Below, in pieces: positions 63,616 to 64,000 of a stretch of 64,000 bases of DNA. The DNA lies in contig CAZHTD010000001.1 in assembly GCA_964535675.1 (NCBI GenBank), positions 69,700-133,699 on the forward strand, given 5' to 3'. Within the stretch, counting starts at the first letter, position 1. Each line of letters opens with the position of its first letter. A program made the translations under genes and the position numbers. A model generated the notes under the pieces. The model ran no database searches. It worked only from the letters and a program-made list of their open reading frames with translations, and was not told the DNA's origin. The DNA comes from an uncultured Bifidobacteriaceae bacterium. GTDB taxonomy: Bacteria; Acidobacteriota; Vicinamibacteria; Vicinamibacterales; UBA2999.

Positions 63616-64000
63616 ATGTCGAGCGGTCGGGCCACGTGCCCGGGTGCGCCCAGCCGGGCCGATTCGCACGCGCCGCTCGGCGTCATGGGGAATCACACGC
63701 ACGAGGCGGGTGAGGTCATGGCGTCGTTCCGCTACATGCAAGTGACGATGGACGGCAACCGCACGGGCACGAACCGGATCGAGCCCGGTGGCGTGCTCCA
63801 ATCGTTCCCTGTGGCCCCGCTGCAGATGCCGATGGACAGGTAATGTTCGGCCTGATGTACGCGCCGTCGGACCGGGTCACGCTGATGGGCATGGTGCCTG
63901 TGCTCGACGTGTCGATGGATCACCGCACGCGCATGGGCGTCGAGTTCATGACCGAGTCGGGCGGCGTCGGCGACATCACAGTTTCGGCGCTCGTCGGGCT
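63616..64000 (+). pseudogene. outer-membrane beta-barrel 'transporter'-like protein (MetA-pathway/phenol-degradation type), frameshifted and running off the window
   Basis: GNHTHEAGEVMASFRYMQVTMDGNR...PLQMPMD stops at 63841-63843. The homologous continuation MFGLMYAPSDRVTLMGMVPVLDVSMDH is in another frame (apparent 1-nt loss in ATGGACA-GGTAATG). No clear signal peptide. Confidence 0.35.

Noticed and set aside
1-64000. Apparent frequency of the CTAG tetranucleotide, considered as a possible sign of unusual methylation or restriction pressure.
   Set aside because: A rough hand count (about 5 in the first 3 kb) is at or below the composition-based expectation (~9), so there is no enrichment. 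I cannot compute it properly here.
1-64000. Search by eye for rRNA, tRNA, CRISPR arrays, tandem repeats and intact mobile elements.
   Set aside because: No cloverleaf-like conserved tRNA motifs, no regularly spaced direct repeats and no intact transposase or integrase ORF were seen. Only the IstB fragment indicates past mobile-element activity. A tRNAscan, Rfam or CRISPR-finder run would be needed to be certain.

Overview
High-GC (about 68-70%) chromosomal segment from a diderm bacterium. TonB-dependent receptor, RND/TolC, HemQ, futalosine-type MqnD and CysO/Mec genes suggest an Acidobacteriota-like lineage, but that is inference only. Most of the window is housekeeping. A long minus-strand block (6.3-18.3 kb) holds an M16 peptidase, a cysM-mec-cysO-moeZ cysteine-via-thiocarboxylate cluster and a complete iscRSUA-hscBA-fdx-iscX operon. 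An arginine regulon (28.4-36.2 kb) has argH-argR divergent from argC-argB-argD-GNAT-argJ-argF across an AT-rich operator. queD/queC, fabI, lysC, xthA, htpX and sseA are also present. Accessory loci: (i) a DtxR-family regulator divergent from a tightly coupled NirK-like copper protein / N-terminally extended ZIP permease / cupredoxin operon (19.9-23.3 kb); (ii) a solitary DGQHR (DndB-like, ParB-fold) gene coupled to pxpA behind a ~490-bp leader (36.8-39.2 kb); (iii) a TonB-dependent receptor with a DUF4198-Kelch fusion protein (39.2-43.1 kb); (iv) a lower-GC gene graveyard with IS21 IstB, J-domain and MBL-fold remnants (43.1-44.9 kb); (v) a TetR-TolC-MFP-RND operon continuing into hemQ and an exported methyltransferase (44.9-53.0 kb); (vi) a desaturase followed by a minimal two-TM histidine kinase and an OmpR-type regulator (57.1-59.7 kb). 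The window carries many degraded genes: GGDEF, acyl-CoA synthetase, IstB, MBL, Sir2 and an outer-membrane protein. I saw no rRNA, tRNA or CRISPR array. Gene coordinates derive from the ORF track plus residue counting. Hand-located short motifs may be off by 2-3 nt. Family calls come from motif recognition by eye, not from database searches.
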